A stretch of 64,000 nucleotides of DNA from the human T2T-CHM13v2.0 reference genome, Homo sapiens. A program made the position numbers and the translations under genes. Below the pieces are notes generated by a model that had not been told where the DNA came from, ran no database searches, and was given only the letters and a program-made list of their open reading frames with translations. The stretch lies in NCBI RefSeq assembly GCF_009914755.1, contig NC_060937.1. One strand, written 5' to 3'. The first letter of the stretch is position 1; each line of letters begins with the position of its first letter. This document shows positions 13,780 to 28,282 of the stretch, piece after piece.

Positions 13780-14580
13780 ACCCGAACAGATTTTGTCAAA
13801 CTCCAAAGACACGTGCTCCCCTCGGCACCATCAGGTGAGTGCTCCTGACCGCGCCATTGGCTCGTGCCCCGACGCGGACGCTGCCTAGAGCAGCAGGTCC
13901 ACACTCCCCCGAACCAGGCGCCGGCGGCCGCTAGTAACGCGTTGAGGCCAGCTCCCTCCTTAAAATGCGTACACATCTACTTCACATTTTCGCGCGGTGG
14001 CTGCGGGTCTAGGAAAGTCTTTCTGAACAGGAAAAAGCTGTACAAATGTAGCGGGCAGTAGGTAAACGGGCGCTCGCCCCGGGTTACACTAGGTTGGAGG
14101 CTCAGAGAAGGAAAAGGGATTAGAGGCGAGGCTCCGGGTCACGGGAAAAGGTCCTTGGCCTCCTGTCATGGATGGTGGCGCCCAAGGCCCAGGGTCGCCG
14201 TCTCTGCGCTCGTGCCTGCGGATACCTGCACCGCAGGACTCGGCGTCCGCCCCGATCACGCCTAGCCGTGCCGCAGCCGCAGGAAGGCTGACAACGTCCA
14301 GGCCTCTACCCGAACCCAGTCTTACCTACGGTGGCGGAGTGACCAGAAGAAGCGGGCCGAAGTAAAAGGCGGGGCTCAAGATGGCCGCCGGGGCCTCGCC
14401 TCAGCCCCGCCCATATGATGCCCCGCCCCTCCGGTCCCACTCACTCTCGCTTTTAACTCCGAGAACCCGCTCTTCTCCAGTTCAGTCTCCATGGCCCCGC
14501 CGCCTTTGCACATTGCACTTCCCGGCAGCCTCCGCGTGGGCGCCCCCTCCAACTCCTGCCTTCGCCCGCGTTTCTGCTCT
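13780..14580. promoter_or_regulatory. CpG island / TATA-less housekeeping promoter of ESD
   Basis: Only strongly CpG-dense non-repeat region in the window. GC boxes at 14368-14375, 14405-14412 and 14421-14428; YY1-type AAGATGGC at 14378-14385. Confidence 0.9.
14326..14390 (-). other. ESD: ESD non-coding exon 1 (TSS approximate)
   Basis: ...CCGCCACCGTAG|gtaaga donor at 14325 inside the CpG island; the 5' end cannot be fixed from sequence alone. Confidence 0.82.
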
Positions 14581-15109
14581 GTGTGGTTACTAGGACCAAC
14601 GAGGAGGGCGTTAGGTTAGTCCCTGTCACCTTGTCGGGGATCAGTCTGCTGTGCGTGCTCAGACTCTTCCCAGAGCCAGCAGCAAGAACCCGAGGCATTA
14701 ATAAACTTGAGATGTAGCTTCGCTTAACTCGTGCAGAGGGTTTCCGTGTCACTTATGTAGAAACTAGGGCCTAATTTCAACTCCCTCAACTCCTCTGTCC
14801 CAAGACTATCCACGTCACCTACTTGGTAGCTTGAGTTAAACAAGAAACCTTTGAAATCTCCAGTGGCCGACACGCAGTGGGAACTCCATCAGTTTTCTGT
14901 TTTCTCCCTTCTTCCCTCAATAAAAATTAAGTTGAACTGACTAAGATTTGCTAGTTGATAATTTACAGCAAATCTTTCCTTTTGGTCTCTCTGATTTAAG
15001 CAAACTGTTGAGTGTACTTTGCCTCTTGAGAAATTAAATCTGATTACAACAGAGCTAAGTATTTTTCAGCAACGGTTAGACTGACATTGTAAATACACAA
15101 TCTGATAGT

Positions 15110-15250
15110 TGGGGCTGGCCTCATGGGCCTGCAACCTGTGCTATTACCCGGCCCCCAGAACAGAAGGACGCTACATTTTCTCTCAGTAAGTGTTGAACCA
15201 GGGCCCCACGTTTGTGTCTGGAATTGGGCCCTGCAAATTGTGTAGCTATG
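15110..15250. mobile_element. MER91-like hAT-Tip100 MITE
   Basis: GGGCTGGCCTCATGGGCCTGCAACCTGTGC...GGGCCCTGCAAATTGTGTAGC. Confidence 0.6.
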
Positions 15251-16064
15251 GGAGCTGACTTAAGTATGGATGAGCTGCCACACAAGAGATTACCTGCCAG
15301 AATCTATTGTGTGGCTCAGGCCCATTTTGCCATAGTGATCTTTGGACTAAATTAACCTGTGGACTGAACCTGTGGATCAATTGGAACTTAGACTGAAAAT
15401 AATGTTTCATCAAAATAATGTTTTTATTTTGAGAAAGCATTGAAGTAAATTGTTTTAAACTTTCTTTTTACTATCTTTAAGTATAAATCATTGAAAAGGG
15501 GATTTTCTTCAGTTTCAAAACTGAAACAGAATAAATACCTAAATTGCAAGTTCTTTATAACTGATGTTTGAACAAAGAGAAATAATTGATTAAATGATAT
15601 ATTTGCCTAATAAGTGGACTGCTGTGAGGTGCAGACTAGCCAAAGAACTGTAAGTGTGAAGTTCTTTACTAAAGGGTTCTTGTGTGAATACAATGTGAGA
15701 ATAAGCAGAACTAAAATTTCTTTTACCCAGCATAAATAAAATGTTAATAGATCCACAAAAGTCGATTGCTTAAAAATATTAAGAATATATATAATTATCA
15801 TTATTATTTGGACATGGAAGCAAAGAAGGCTGAAATCAGAAATTAAGGTTGACATTTTAAAAAATGGCACTACCAATAAAAATGGATGAATATTAAGTAC
15901 ACAAAGAAATAGTCCAAAAATTATGTGTAAATGTGTGGCTGAGAGGATATAGGACTCTTGGTTTGAACTAAAATGAGTAGGAATATAATCTTAAGGAGGC
16001 AATAAAGGGATGCAATAAAAATGAGAAAAAGTCAAATATACTTGAAGCCTGTAAGAAAAGAGAT

Positions 16065-16398
16065 TGTTTTAGTCAGTTCCAGCTTAACAGAAATTTATTC
16101 CTCACCATTCTAAAAGTCTGGGAAGTCCAAGATCAAGGTGCTGATGAAATCTGTTCCTGCTGAGAGCCCTTTTCCTCGTTTGCAGAGGAATACCTTCTTG
16201 CTGTAGTCTCACTTGGTGGGTGGGGTGAGGAGAGCTCTGGTTCCTTCATCTTATTGTAAGGGCACTAGTCCCATTCACATGGACTCCACCATCATGGTGT
16301 AATTATCTTCCAAAGTCTCCATCTCCAAATACCATCACGTTAAGGATTTAGGGTTCAATGTTTGAATTCTGGGGAACACAAACATTCAATCCATAGCA
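16065..16398 (-). mobile_element. MLT1 (ERVL-MaLR) solo LTR
   Basis: TG...CA ends; GGGAAGTCCAAGATCAAGGTGCTG; AACATTCAATCCATAGCA. Confidence 0.8.
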
Positions 16399-16511
16399 AA
16401 GATAGTTTTAGAGAGACTAGAAAAGACACCATACATAGAAAATAATATAATCTCTTGGGTATCAAATATGCTACTTGAGAAGTGTCCTTGTGGCTTTTCC
16501 ACAGACTAGAA

Positions 16512-16749
16512 CAGGGTTTCTCAACCTCGGCACTGTTGACATTTGGGGCCAGATGATTCTTTGTCGTGGAGGCCTACCCTGTGCATTGTAGGATGTTTCG
16601 TAACATCCCTGGCCTCCACTAGCTAGATGCCAGTGGTACCCCTAACAAGCTTAGATACCCAAAACGTCTCTAGACATTGCCAAATGTCCATGGAAGGAGG
16701 GGTTGGTGTAGAGGAGGGCTGCAAAATTGCCCCTAGTTAAGAACCACTG
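16512..16749. mobile_element. MER20 hAT-Charlie DNA transposon
   Basis: TIRs CAGGGTTTCTCAAC / GTTAAGAACCACTG; 8-bp TSD gactagaa / gcctagat. Confidence 0.88.
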
Positions 16750-17153
16750 GCCTAGATAAACATTTTTCAAAATTCCCTTTATTTTGATTCTATTCTTATC
16801 TAGTGACATTTTGGAAAATAATAGGCTCCATTGTTATTTAATAAATCAGAACTTAGGTTAAAAATGCTTTAGTCTCTGGTGAGTGTAGCTGAGATGATAC
16901 ATTTTCCCAAAGACTTACCATCTCTGAGCATGATACTCACCTTACAGAATTGAGTTTCTGAATGTGTACTCTGAGGACCAGACTTTGGATCATGGGAACT
17001 GAACCAAGTACCGGAAACTTATAGCCCTGTGCCACTGTTCCATCTTGACTTTGTTATCTTAAGTTCTAACTGCAGAGTACAATACAACAAGTACAGACAA
17101 GCCTTTCAGTCTCACATTCATATTAGCAAATGTCCAAATTTCACATATTTCAA

Positions 17154-17489
<336 letters not shown>

Positions 17490-18439
17490 TAATTCTTAAA
17501 TCCTAAAAGCTATATTTCTTTTTCATCACACATTCAAAAAAATCAAGAGTTAGTGTGTGATTGTACAGAGCTAGACTTTTGTGTTAGCCATTATTGTTAT
17601 TTTTGTTAGCATGAGAACTAAAACTATAGATTTTTTCCTGTTCAAAGTGACTCCTATTCTTTTATCACCTTTTGCTCAATTACAGTACTGTTAAGTTTCT
17701 TAACATTCTACATATTTGTTGAGCCACAGTTTGTCAGTTTATTCATAATTTTTAAAGTTCCATTGATAGCTTATTAGAAACAAAATGAACTCTGGCTATC
17801 TGTTAATCATTGGCATGTATGAAAACTGACAAAAGGCCAGTTCACTAACTGTTTTGGTTAATGCTTATAAATCTCCTTTGGTGTAAGATTAGTATTTTGC
17901 TAGTGAGACTACCTATGCTTTCATGATCCTTTTCTCAATAATGCCAACTATTTCTTTAGGTCATTTCTAAAATGCCTCCTAGTCACTTACACATTCCCCA
18001 GCATAGCTTAAACATGCTTCTATAATTATTTGTAAACATGGAGAGTGAAGTAAAATAAACTATTTCATAGACAATGAGGCAACTAAAAAATTCTGAGATT
18101 ACCATTATAACCATGGCTGGGATTTTGCTAAAGGAAACTAAGAATTTAGAAGAAAATTGGGGTTTTATGTATCCTCCAAAAGTCAGTAGCTCTAGATATT
18201 ATATCATTATCTTTTTAGGCTGAGAACTAGGACAGCTTCCTTGGTTATGAAGAATCAGCTGTTAGGTAGAAATCCCCGCAGATATGCCATCTTGGCCTTA
18301 TTGCAAGGACCATTATATCCACAAGTCACCCCAAATTTCCCTTTCTGTTTGCCTCCCTATATGAAAACAATTTAGAAATTCCATTTTCTTTTTCCCATGT
18401 CCTCCCTCCAGCTCTCTCTCTCAATAGACAGATAAATGG

Positions 18440-18440
<1 letters not shown>

Positions 18441-18492
<52 letters not shown>
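18441..18492 (+). repeat. (TCTA)13 perfect tetranucleotide STR
   Basis: 13 uninterrupted units counted directly. Confidence 0.97.
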
Positions 18493-18836
18493 CAGTCATG
18501 AGTTGCTTTATGACAGGGATGTGTTCTGAGAAATGCATTGATAGCTGATTCTGTCACTATGGGAATATCACAGGGTATACTTACACAAACCTAGATGGTA
18601 TAGCCTTCTACCCACCTAGGCTACATGGTATAGTCTGTTGCTCCTAGGCTATAAACCTGTACAGCATGTTACTGTACTAAATACTCTTGGCAACTGTTAC
18701 ACAATGGTGTTTGTGTATCTAAACACAGCTAAATACAGAAAAGGTAGAGTAAACATGCAGTATTACAATCTTATGGGACCACTGTAGTGTATATAATAAG
18801 TTATTGACCAAAACATTGTAATGCAGCCCATGGCTG
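18493..18836. mobile_element. Tigger3a/MER7-type Tc1-mariner MITE
   Basis: TIRs CAGTCATG... / ...CATGGCTG; internal CTAGATGGTATAGCC, CTTATGGGACCAC. Confidence 0.88.
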
Positions 18837-19364
18837 CATCTGTACACACACATGCTCAAAATATTACTGTTAAGAAACACTTGCTATGTGCCAGGCACTA
18901 TGAATGAAGATGACATTATTACCAAGTTATCCCTCCAGGTTCATGAGCTACAGCTCCCTCATAATTCCATCCTATGCTGAAGCTGTATCAAGCTACTTCC
19001 CTCCTAATTATAATCTAAACACCCCATGCTCTTATACCATCATGATTTTGCACATGCTGTTCCTTTTGCCTATCCCACAACACACTTCTCACCATGCACA
19101 ATTTACCTTACAAACTTACATGTTTTTCAGTTCCCAGCTCAAATGCACATTCCCCAAGGAAACTTTTTGAACTGCTTAGATAAAGCTAAGCACTCTTCAG
19201 TGCACCTTTAGCCCTTGTACAGCCACACCTCTATTGTGGCACCTAACATTGCATTGCAATTTTGAATATAAGTAAGTTTCTGAAAGGCAGGAGCTGAGTC
19301 ATATCCTAGCTCTAATACTTGCAAATCGTAGGCACACAAGTGGCTTTAGAATTCATGAAAGGTT

Positions 19365-19652
19365 ACTATGGTCTGGGTATTTGTGTCTCTCCAAAATTCA
19401 TATGTGGAAATTTAATCTCTAATGTGTTGGTGTTAAGAGGTGGGGCCTTTTAGAAGTGATGAAGTGATGATAGTGGATCCCTCATGAATGGGATAAGCAC
19501 TCTTATAACAGAAGCCCTTAACCGACACTGAATCTGCTGATGTCTTGATCTGAGACTTTCTAACATCCAGAACTGTGAGCAGTAAATTTCTGTTGTTTAT
19601 AAATTATCTAGTCTAAGGTATTTTGGTATAGCAGCCCAGTATGACTAAGACA
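19365..19652 (+). mobile_element. MLT1A/MST-like solo LTR
   Basis: CCAAAATTCATATGT...CCAGAACTGTGAG...GACTAAGACA. Confidence 0.8.
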
Positions 19653-20155
19653 AAGGTTTAGTAATTATCATGTTTTCAGGATTGAAATACGTTTTTTTAT
19701 TGTTTATAGAATGCAGAAGTAAATTTTTATTTTCTTTCCATAAAAGAACATAAAGGAAACAAAAGCTTAGCATATAACAGTGATGCTATCCATTTGTTAG
19801 ATGGTTAACATTTTTGACAGATTATGAAATCAACATTTAAAAATATCCCTTTTGAGTTATTCAACAAAGCTGGACGCAAACATCCTTGTTTAAATTGCTA
19901 ACATTATTCTCTTGTACTTTTTCCCCTAATTGCAAATTTGTTTTTACATTTCTCAGTTTAATTGATTTTCTCACAGACACATGTACTCAGTCTATTCATA
20001 GAAACATTTTCCTTAGGTTTGCATACTAATTTATTTCATAACCCAAAATAAAGTTGTTTTACAGTTTTGAAATAAAGCAATTTGCCCTTTTAATTTACAG
20101 ATTAAATACTGCTTTAAATATTAAATCATAAAACGATTTTTTTGGAGGGAAGTGA

Positions 20156-21407
20156 TGTTCTAGTTACCTACTGCTTTGTAACTAGCCACACCAGAACTTA
20201 GTGGCTTAAAGTGGCAATTGATTATTATCTCTCATGGGTCCAGGGGCTGACAGGCTTAGCTGGTGCATCTCATTTGTGGTTCTTCATCTAGTTGAAGTCA
20301 GATGGTTGGAGGTTGAATTGCTGATAGCTTCTTCAGTTTCCTATCTGGTGCCTGGGCTGGAATGGCGGGAACAACTGGAGGCTGCTGGAGCACCTTCTCT
20401 CCACCTGGCTAGCTTGGATTTCCTCACAGCATGGTAGTCTCAGGGTAGTTGGACTTCCTACATTAGGTCTGGCTGCCCCCTATCAAGCATTGCAAGAAGC
20501 CCCGGCAGAAGCTGCAACACTTCTTATGACATAGTGGGTAGGGAAAACTCTCTCTGTTTTTCCTCTACTCTCACACCACAGCAGTTGTCAACACAGAAGT
20601 CTTCTGTGACCAAATGTGTGGGTTTTGTTCCCCACACACCAAGCAGCAGACACCAGCTGGGTATCCTCTAATTTGGTTCTAACACTATCTACCTGGAGAT
20701 AGTGTCAGAACCCACCGTCGCAAGTCTAGGCCTCCAGAACTTTTGACCTACCTGCTTCAAGTTGGGATCCCCATGACCTCCTCTTTGGGTTCAATTAATT
20801 TGCTGGAGTGGCTCCCAGAACTCAGGAAAACACTTACTAATGTTTACCGTTTTTTAATGAAAGACATTGCAAAGGATACAAATGAAGAGACACATAGGGT
20901 GAGGTATGGGGGAAGGGGTTAGGAGCTTCCATGCTCTCCCTGGGTGAGCCATCCTCTAGGAACTTCCACGTGTTCAGCTATCCGCAAGCCCACGAAACCC
21001 TATCCTCCTGGGCTTTTATGGACACTTCATGACTTCAGCATTTCTTCCCCCAGGGAAAGCATGGGACTCTTTCATGGGAGCGTCTTAAGACCAACAGTCA
21101 GACCAATGGGGGAAACATTAGAATGAAAGGAGGGCAGGTGGCCTGCCCCTGAGTCCTAACACACCTGATATTCTAACACAAGACTGTAACAAGGGCTGCA
21201 GGGGTTAGCCAGGAACTGTGGACAATAACCAAGAAATATCATAACACCACACATAGTCTTGGAAATCCCAGAATGTCATTTCTGCCATATTCTATTGCCC
21301 AAGCAAATCACTAAGGCCAGCCCAGAGTCCATCGGAAGGAAGCAATGACATCTATGTGCTGAGAAGGAAGGAGTAGATGGAAGTCATCCTTGACACAAAC
21401 TACCACA
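20156..21407 (-). mobile_element. Old MLT1 LTR split by a second LTR
   Basis: AACTTAGTGGCTTAAA start; sequence resumes after 21251 and ends AAACTACCACA. Confidence 0.72.
20535..21251. mobile_element. MER21-like solo LTR nested in MLT1
   Basis: TG...CA termini with 5-bp TSD CATAG at 20530-20534 and 21252-21256; TTCTGTGACCAAATGTGTGGG motif. Confidence 0.75.
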
Positions 21408-21599
21408 GATAACTGAGATTTTTTTTTTTTGTTAAAGACTTAATTTTTAATGAGCAGTTTTATGTTCATAGTAAAATTGAGAAGAAGGTATAAAGGGTAA
21501 TATTATATGTATTATTCTAGAACTACCCCATCTTTTTTTTTAAACAGCTGCATAGTATGTCATTCTATGAATGTACCATATTTTATTTAACCAATGGCA

Positions 21600-22120
21600 T
21601 ATTATCCTGGTTACTAAAGCTGCATAAAAAACTACTCCAAAACTTAGTCCTGTGAAATACCATCTTGTTGCGCTCACTCTGTAGGTTAGGAATTTGGTCA
21701 GGGCATAATGGGGATGACTTGTCTCTGATTCATGATGTCTGAGACCTCTGCTGGGGAGATCCAGCAGCTGAGGTGACTCAATAACTGGGGAATGGAATCA
21801 TTGGTGGTATTTTCACTCACATGCCTGTTGGTTGGTGCTGGCTGTTGGCCAGAGCACCTACCTGTCCATGTGGCCGGAGCTTCCTAACAACATGGCCCCT
21901 TCAGGGCAGTCAGATTTTTTACATGGTGACCCAGGACTCTAAAGGCAAGTGTCTCAAGAGAGAGAGGCAGAAACTGTGTGGCTTTTTCTGACCTAGTGAT
22001 GGAAGTCCACACAGTGCGGCCTATTGGTCACAGTAGTCACAAACTACCTAGAATTCAAGAGAGGGGACTGGATGAGAGAAGTGTCAAAGAATTTGTGAAC
22101 ACATCTTCAAAACCACCACA
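21600..22120 (-). mobile_element. MLT1 LTR inserted in an old L1M fragment
   Basis: CCAAAACTTAGT...AAAACCACCACA; L1-like sequence on both sides. Confidence 0.7.
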
Positions 22121-22183
22121 CTTACTTGGACATTTAGACCGTTATAGTTTTGTTTATTACAACAGCACAGCAGTGAATATGAG

Positions 22184-22555
22184 TGATATGGTTTGGTTTT
22201 GTGTCCCCATCCAAATCTCATGTCGAATTGTAATCCTCAGTATTGGAGGAGGAGCCTGGTGGGAGGTGATTGGATCATGGGGATGGACTTCCCCCTTGCT
22301 GTTCTTGTGATACTGAGTTCTCACTGGTTGTTTAAAAGTGTGTAGCACTTCCCCCTTCTCTCTCTGTCTCTCCTGCTCTGCCATGTGAAGATGTGCCTGC
22401 TTCCTCTTCTCCTTCATGATTATAAGTTTCCTAAGGCCTCCCCAGCCATGCTTCCTGCACAGCCTGCAGAACCATGAATCAATTAAACCTCTTTTCTTTG
22501 TAAATTACCCAGTCTCAGGTAGTTCTTTATAGCAGTGCAAGAACTAACTAATTCA
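22184..22555 (+). mobile_element. MSTA solo LTR
   Basis: TGATATGGTTTGG...ATTAAACCTCTTTTC...CTAATTCA; TSD atgag / atgtg. Confidence 0.88.
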
Positions 22556-22819
22556 ATGTGTGTATCTTTGTATATACCTTTGTGCACACAGCAAGTATTC
22601 TTGCAAGGTATATTTCCTAGAAATAGAATTGCTGCTGCACAGGGATTGGACATAGTCCTAGAAGTGGAATTACTAAGTCAAAATATTTTCTCCTTTTTAA
22701 GCTTCCCAACACAAATTGCCAAAATATCAGCTAGAACACTTATGCCACTTAACATCCCCACCAGCATGTCCTGTTCTCTTTTTATGCTCCCTTCATTCTG
22801 CAGTGTTCTTCAACAGTAG

Positions 22820-23526
<707 letters not shown>

Positions 23527-24685
23527 TAATGGGATATTTTGATGAACGCATTATCTTTGATGTGCACAATATGTTAAAGATAATAGAAAATTCTACACCT
23601 AGACTTCACTACCTTCCATTATCTCCCTGCCTTCAGTAGAGTTGCATGTACAGAATGACGCTATGGCGTTATTTTCTTATATAGACAGTTAAGATTTAAA
23701 AAATGTAACATTTGAAATAGCTGTACATAATATTTATAAAGTAGTTCAGTGACTGGTTACAAAGTCTCCTATAAGTATTTCTTTTAGCACTAACAGTCTA
23801 GATAAAAGTTTGTTTTCTGATAAATGAGCATACTTCTGTCCATCAGTTAGAACTATGTGTTGTACTTCATTCTTTGTCCTGGTTTTTAGGATGCTCAGAA
23901 TAAAGTTTTACCCATTACTGTAGCATTCCAGTATTTACTTTAATTACAATGTTTAAATAAAGGTTTTCTTTTCTCCTCTTTTACTTCTCATTTCTCTCTT
24001 TCTGGGGATATGTTTGGCTCTTACTGCAATTAATTGTCCTTCAATCATTTTTAGAAGATGGAGTAGGAGGGTCAAATTATAAATTAATTGATAAAAGTTA
24101 TGTCTTTAATTTGTAATACAGGTGATTTAAGGGCTACGCTGAATATGTAGTGGTTTTTGTGTATGACCTAGAAGCAGTTTAAAAATTCAAGTGTGAGTTA
24201 TTTTGCTATTTACTTTTTGTGCTTGACAAAGGAGTCTAGGAGTAATCAAAAGCTTATTTTAGGTTTAATCTACTTTTGTTTTTATAAACTATGTTTAATA
24301 AAACATCTAATGGCTTATTTTATAGCACAGCTAACTAGAGAAGAGTTTTTGCACATTTTAACATTTTACATTGATAAAATATGACAGATCTAGCAACTCT
24401 AGGTTGACACCTTGAGATAATCTATGCCTCTGATTATTTTTGAAACATTATTGTATTTGAGATCTTATTTTTTTATTTTTGTTTTTATGTGTTAGTTTGG
24501 AAATGTGACGTGGGAGGCTGCTCCAATTTCCAAATATCATGGGTAAATAGAATTTACATTTCATAGTTACATATACATTTATTTTGCTACTGATTTAATT
24601 TTGTATCCCTTCTACAAATATTTTATGAACTATGTAAAATCAGTTCTGACTTTCACTCACTAAACTCAAAAATACTTTCTCAATA

Positions 24686-24778
24686 GCTGGGGATAGTGGT
24701 GCACTTCTATAGTCCTAGCTACTCTGAAGGCTGACACGGGAGGATGGAGTCTATCTTGGGCAACATAGCAAGACCCGC
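24686..24778 (+). mobile_element. FLAM/AluJ monomer fragment
   Basis: TAGTCCTAGCTACTC...GGGCAACATAGCAAGACCC. Confidence 0.75.
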
Positions 24779-24779
24779 T

Positions 24780-25608
24780 TTCTTTTTCTTTTATTTCTTT
24801 TTTTTAAATTATATTTTAAGTTCTGCAATACATGGGCAGAACATGCAGGTTTGTTACATAGGTATACAAGTGTCATGGTGGTTTGCTGCACCCATCAACC
24901 CGTCATCTACATTAGGTATTTCTCTTAATGCTATCCCTCCCCTAGCCCCCAGCCCCTGACAGGCACCGGTGTGTGATGTTCCCCTCCCTGTGTCCATGTG
25001 TTCTCATTGTTCAACTCTCACTTATGAGTGAGAACATGTGGTTTTTGGTTTTCTGTTCCTGTGCTAGTTAGCTGAGAATGATGGTTTCCAGCTTCATCCG
25101 TGTCCCTGCAAAGGACATGAACTCATCTCTTTTTATGGCTTCATAGTATTCCATGGTGTATATGTGCCACATTTTCTTTATCCAGTCTATCACTGATGGG
25201 CACTGGGGTTGGTTCCAAGTCTTTGCTATTGTGAACAGTGCTGCAATAAACATACGTGTGCATGTGTCTTTATAGTAGAATGATTTATAATCCTTTGGGT
25301 ATATACCCAGTAATGGGATTGCTGGGTCAAATGGTGTTTCTGGTTCTAGATCCTTGAGGAATCGCCACACTGTCTTCCACAATGGTTGAACTAATTTACA
25401 CTCCCACCAACAGTGTAAAAGTGTTCCTATTTATCCACATCCTCTCCAGCATTTGTTGTTTCCTGACTTTTTAATGATCTCCATTCTAACTGGAGTGAGA
25501 TAGTATCTCATTGTGGGTTTGATTCGCATTTCTCTAATGACCAGTGAAGATGAGCTTTTTTTCACATGTTTGTTGGCTGCATAAATGTCTTCTTTTGAGA
25601 ACTGTCTG
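24780..25608 (-). mobile_element. 5'-truncated L1PA (3' UTR plus ORF2 C-terminal remnant)
   Basis: ORF 25068-25382 translates to the L1 ORF2 end (WKTVWRFLKDLE..PFDPAIPLLGIYPKDYK); T-tail at 24780-24805. Confidence 0.95.
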
Positions 25609-26059
25609 CTAGTAAATGGCAGAGCTGGGATTTGCTTCCATCAGTTGAAATCCTGAGTTTGTGTGCTTAACTGCCATTCCATACCGCCAATAATAATAAT
25701 ACTCTTCATCAATAATAATCATGATGAAGATACTGATCCTATACATTATTTTTGTTATCAAAGCATTCTAGACTGAACAAATTAATACTTTCCCCTAGTC
25801 ACAACTAATGAAAACAACAAGGAATTAATTTTAAAAATATAAAAAATTAGGTGCAAGAATATGGCTTTATTTTATGTCACTGGGCAAAGTAAATTTGTTT
25901 GTTATATCTCTGGATCTCTAGTTATACTATTATCCATTAATTTATTCTTTCACCCACAAGTAGTCATTGATTGCTTACCATACGCAAGGTACTTTTCTAG
26001 ATACTGGAAATACAGAAATAGACAAATCAAAGTCTCTGCTTTCATAGGGCTTACTTTTT

Positions 26060-26367
<308 letters not shown>

Positions 26368-26894
26368 TTACTTTTTCTAAAAGCATGGGAAAATACTATT
26401 ATTTCTCAGTAAAACAAATCTTTTTTATATATATTAACTCAGTTAACATCATCAAATATCTTTGCATAAAGTTAATTTTGTCTTTACAGAGTATAAACTG
26501 ATTCACAAGGAGATACATGACCTTAGTCAAGGCACTGGTACAGCTAGAAATAAAGCTTAAGTTTAGATTGCTATGAACCCAAGTGATCTGGCTCCAGCTC
26601 AAATACTAGATAAGCCTAATTTCTTGGAGCAGAACGAAGCTTGCAAAAAAGCAATATTTGTCCCACAAAATGGAACCTGATTACTGTTTGTGAATGTCAG
26701 CTGCTTTTAGCCCACACTAGTTCAGTTGTACTTGAGAAGACACAGCCAAGATGTCTCAATAATTATTAAATTCTGACTTTTTCCAGTCTACCTCCTACTA
26801 AAGTAATCCATATAACCTGGAAGTCAGCAATGTTGCAGAAACCCTCTAGAAGCATTATACTGTGAATAAGAGACATGGTTAAACAGCCAGATCT

Positions 26895-27254
<360 letters not shown>

Positions 27255-28016
27255 TTAAAAGACTGAGTAAAATGACTTAGCAGAGATAGTAACATGAGAA
27301 AAAGAGGAGAGATGTTTATAAACCAGAACCTGATTTGGAATGGAAGAAATGGGAAATAGTGCCAAGATTATTTTAAATTTATTGGAAATGGGAAGGGAAT
27401 AGTAGCAACATTATCATTATATTTGAACTGACTGGTATAGAAAGGACAATTCTTGCAAAACTGCCAATTTTCTGGAGTTTCATAGGCTTGTATATTTGAG
27501 GAATACACTTGGGTGAAGTTACAGCTCACAAAACAATTTATATCTGATTTTAAATTTTATCTTGTTATCAAACTTGGCTAGTAAATGGGCTTTCTTTATA
27601 AATCTGGTCCCACATTTCTCAGAGTGACATTGAGAAACTCCAATTCCGTAGGATATTATTTAGATTTATGTTTCTGTGATTAAATGTGGGAATGGTAGGT
27701 TGAACAAAAGATGTCACCGAGTCCGAGTCTTCAAGGTGCTAGTTTACAGTATGCAACTCCCATTAGGGGGTTATAGTTTCTTTTTTTGTCTTTGGACATT
27801 CTGAAAGATTCATGTAGTCTGGAATGTACTCTGAGAAATATCAGTCTAGTTCACTGTTGGTCATGTCTCCATCAGATGACTCATAATAATTTTTTTCTGT
27901 TAATAAAGTCTTTAACGGTTCACATTTCCATAACAACTTGTCTCCCTTTAAAGTCCCAATATCGTAGTATCGCCTATTTCTTAGGAAATTCAGAGCTTAG
28001 AGCATTTTATATTTAA

Positions 28017-28281
<265 letters not shown>

Positions 28282-28282
28282 C

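Noticed and set aside
14326-14337. Perfect Kozak-like CCGCCACC at the end of ESD exon 1
   Set aside because: Followed by GTA, not ATG or a usual near-cognate start.
13707-14752. Short ORFs across the CpG island
   Set aside because: Expected in GC-rich DNA; no homology I recognise. The ATG at 14381 belongs to the YY1-type motif.
25068-25382. 104-aa ORF with protein-like sequence
   Set aside because: C-terminal remnant of L1 ORF2 in a 5'-truncated element, not a gene.
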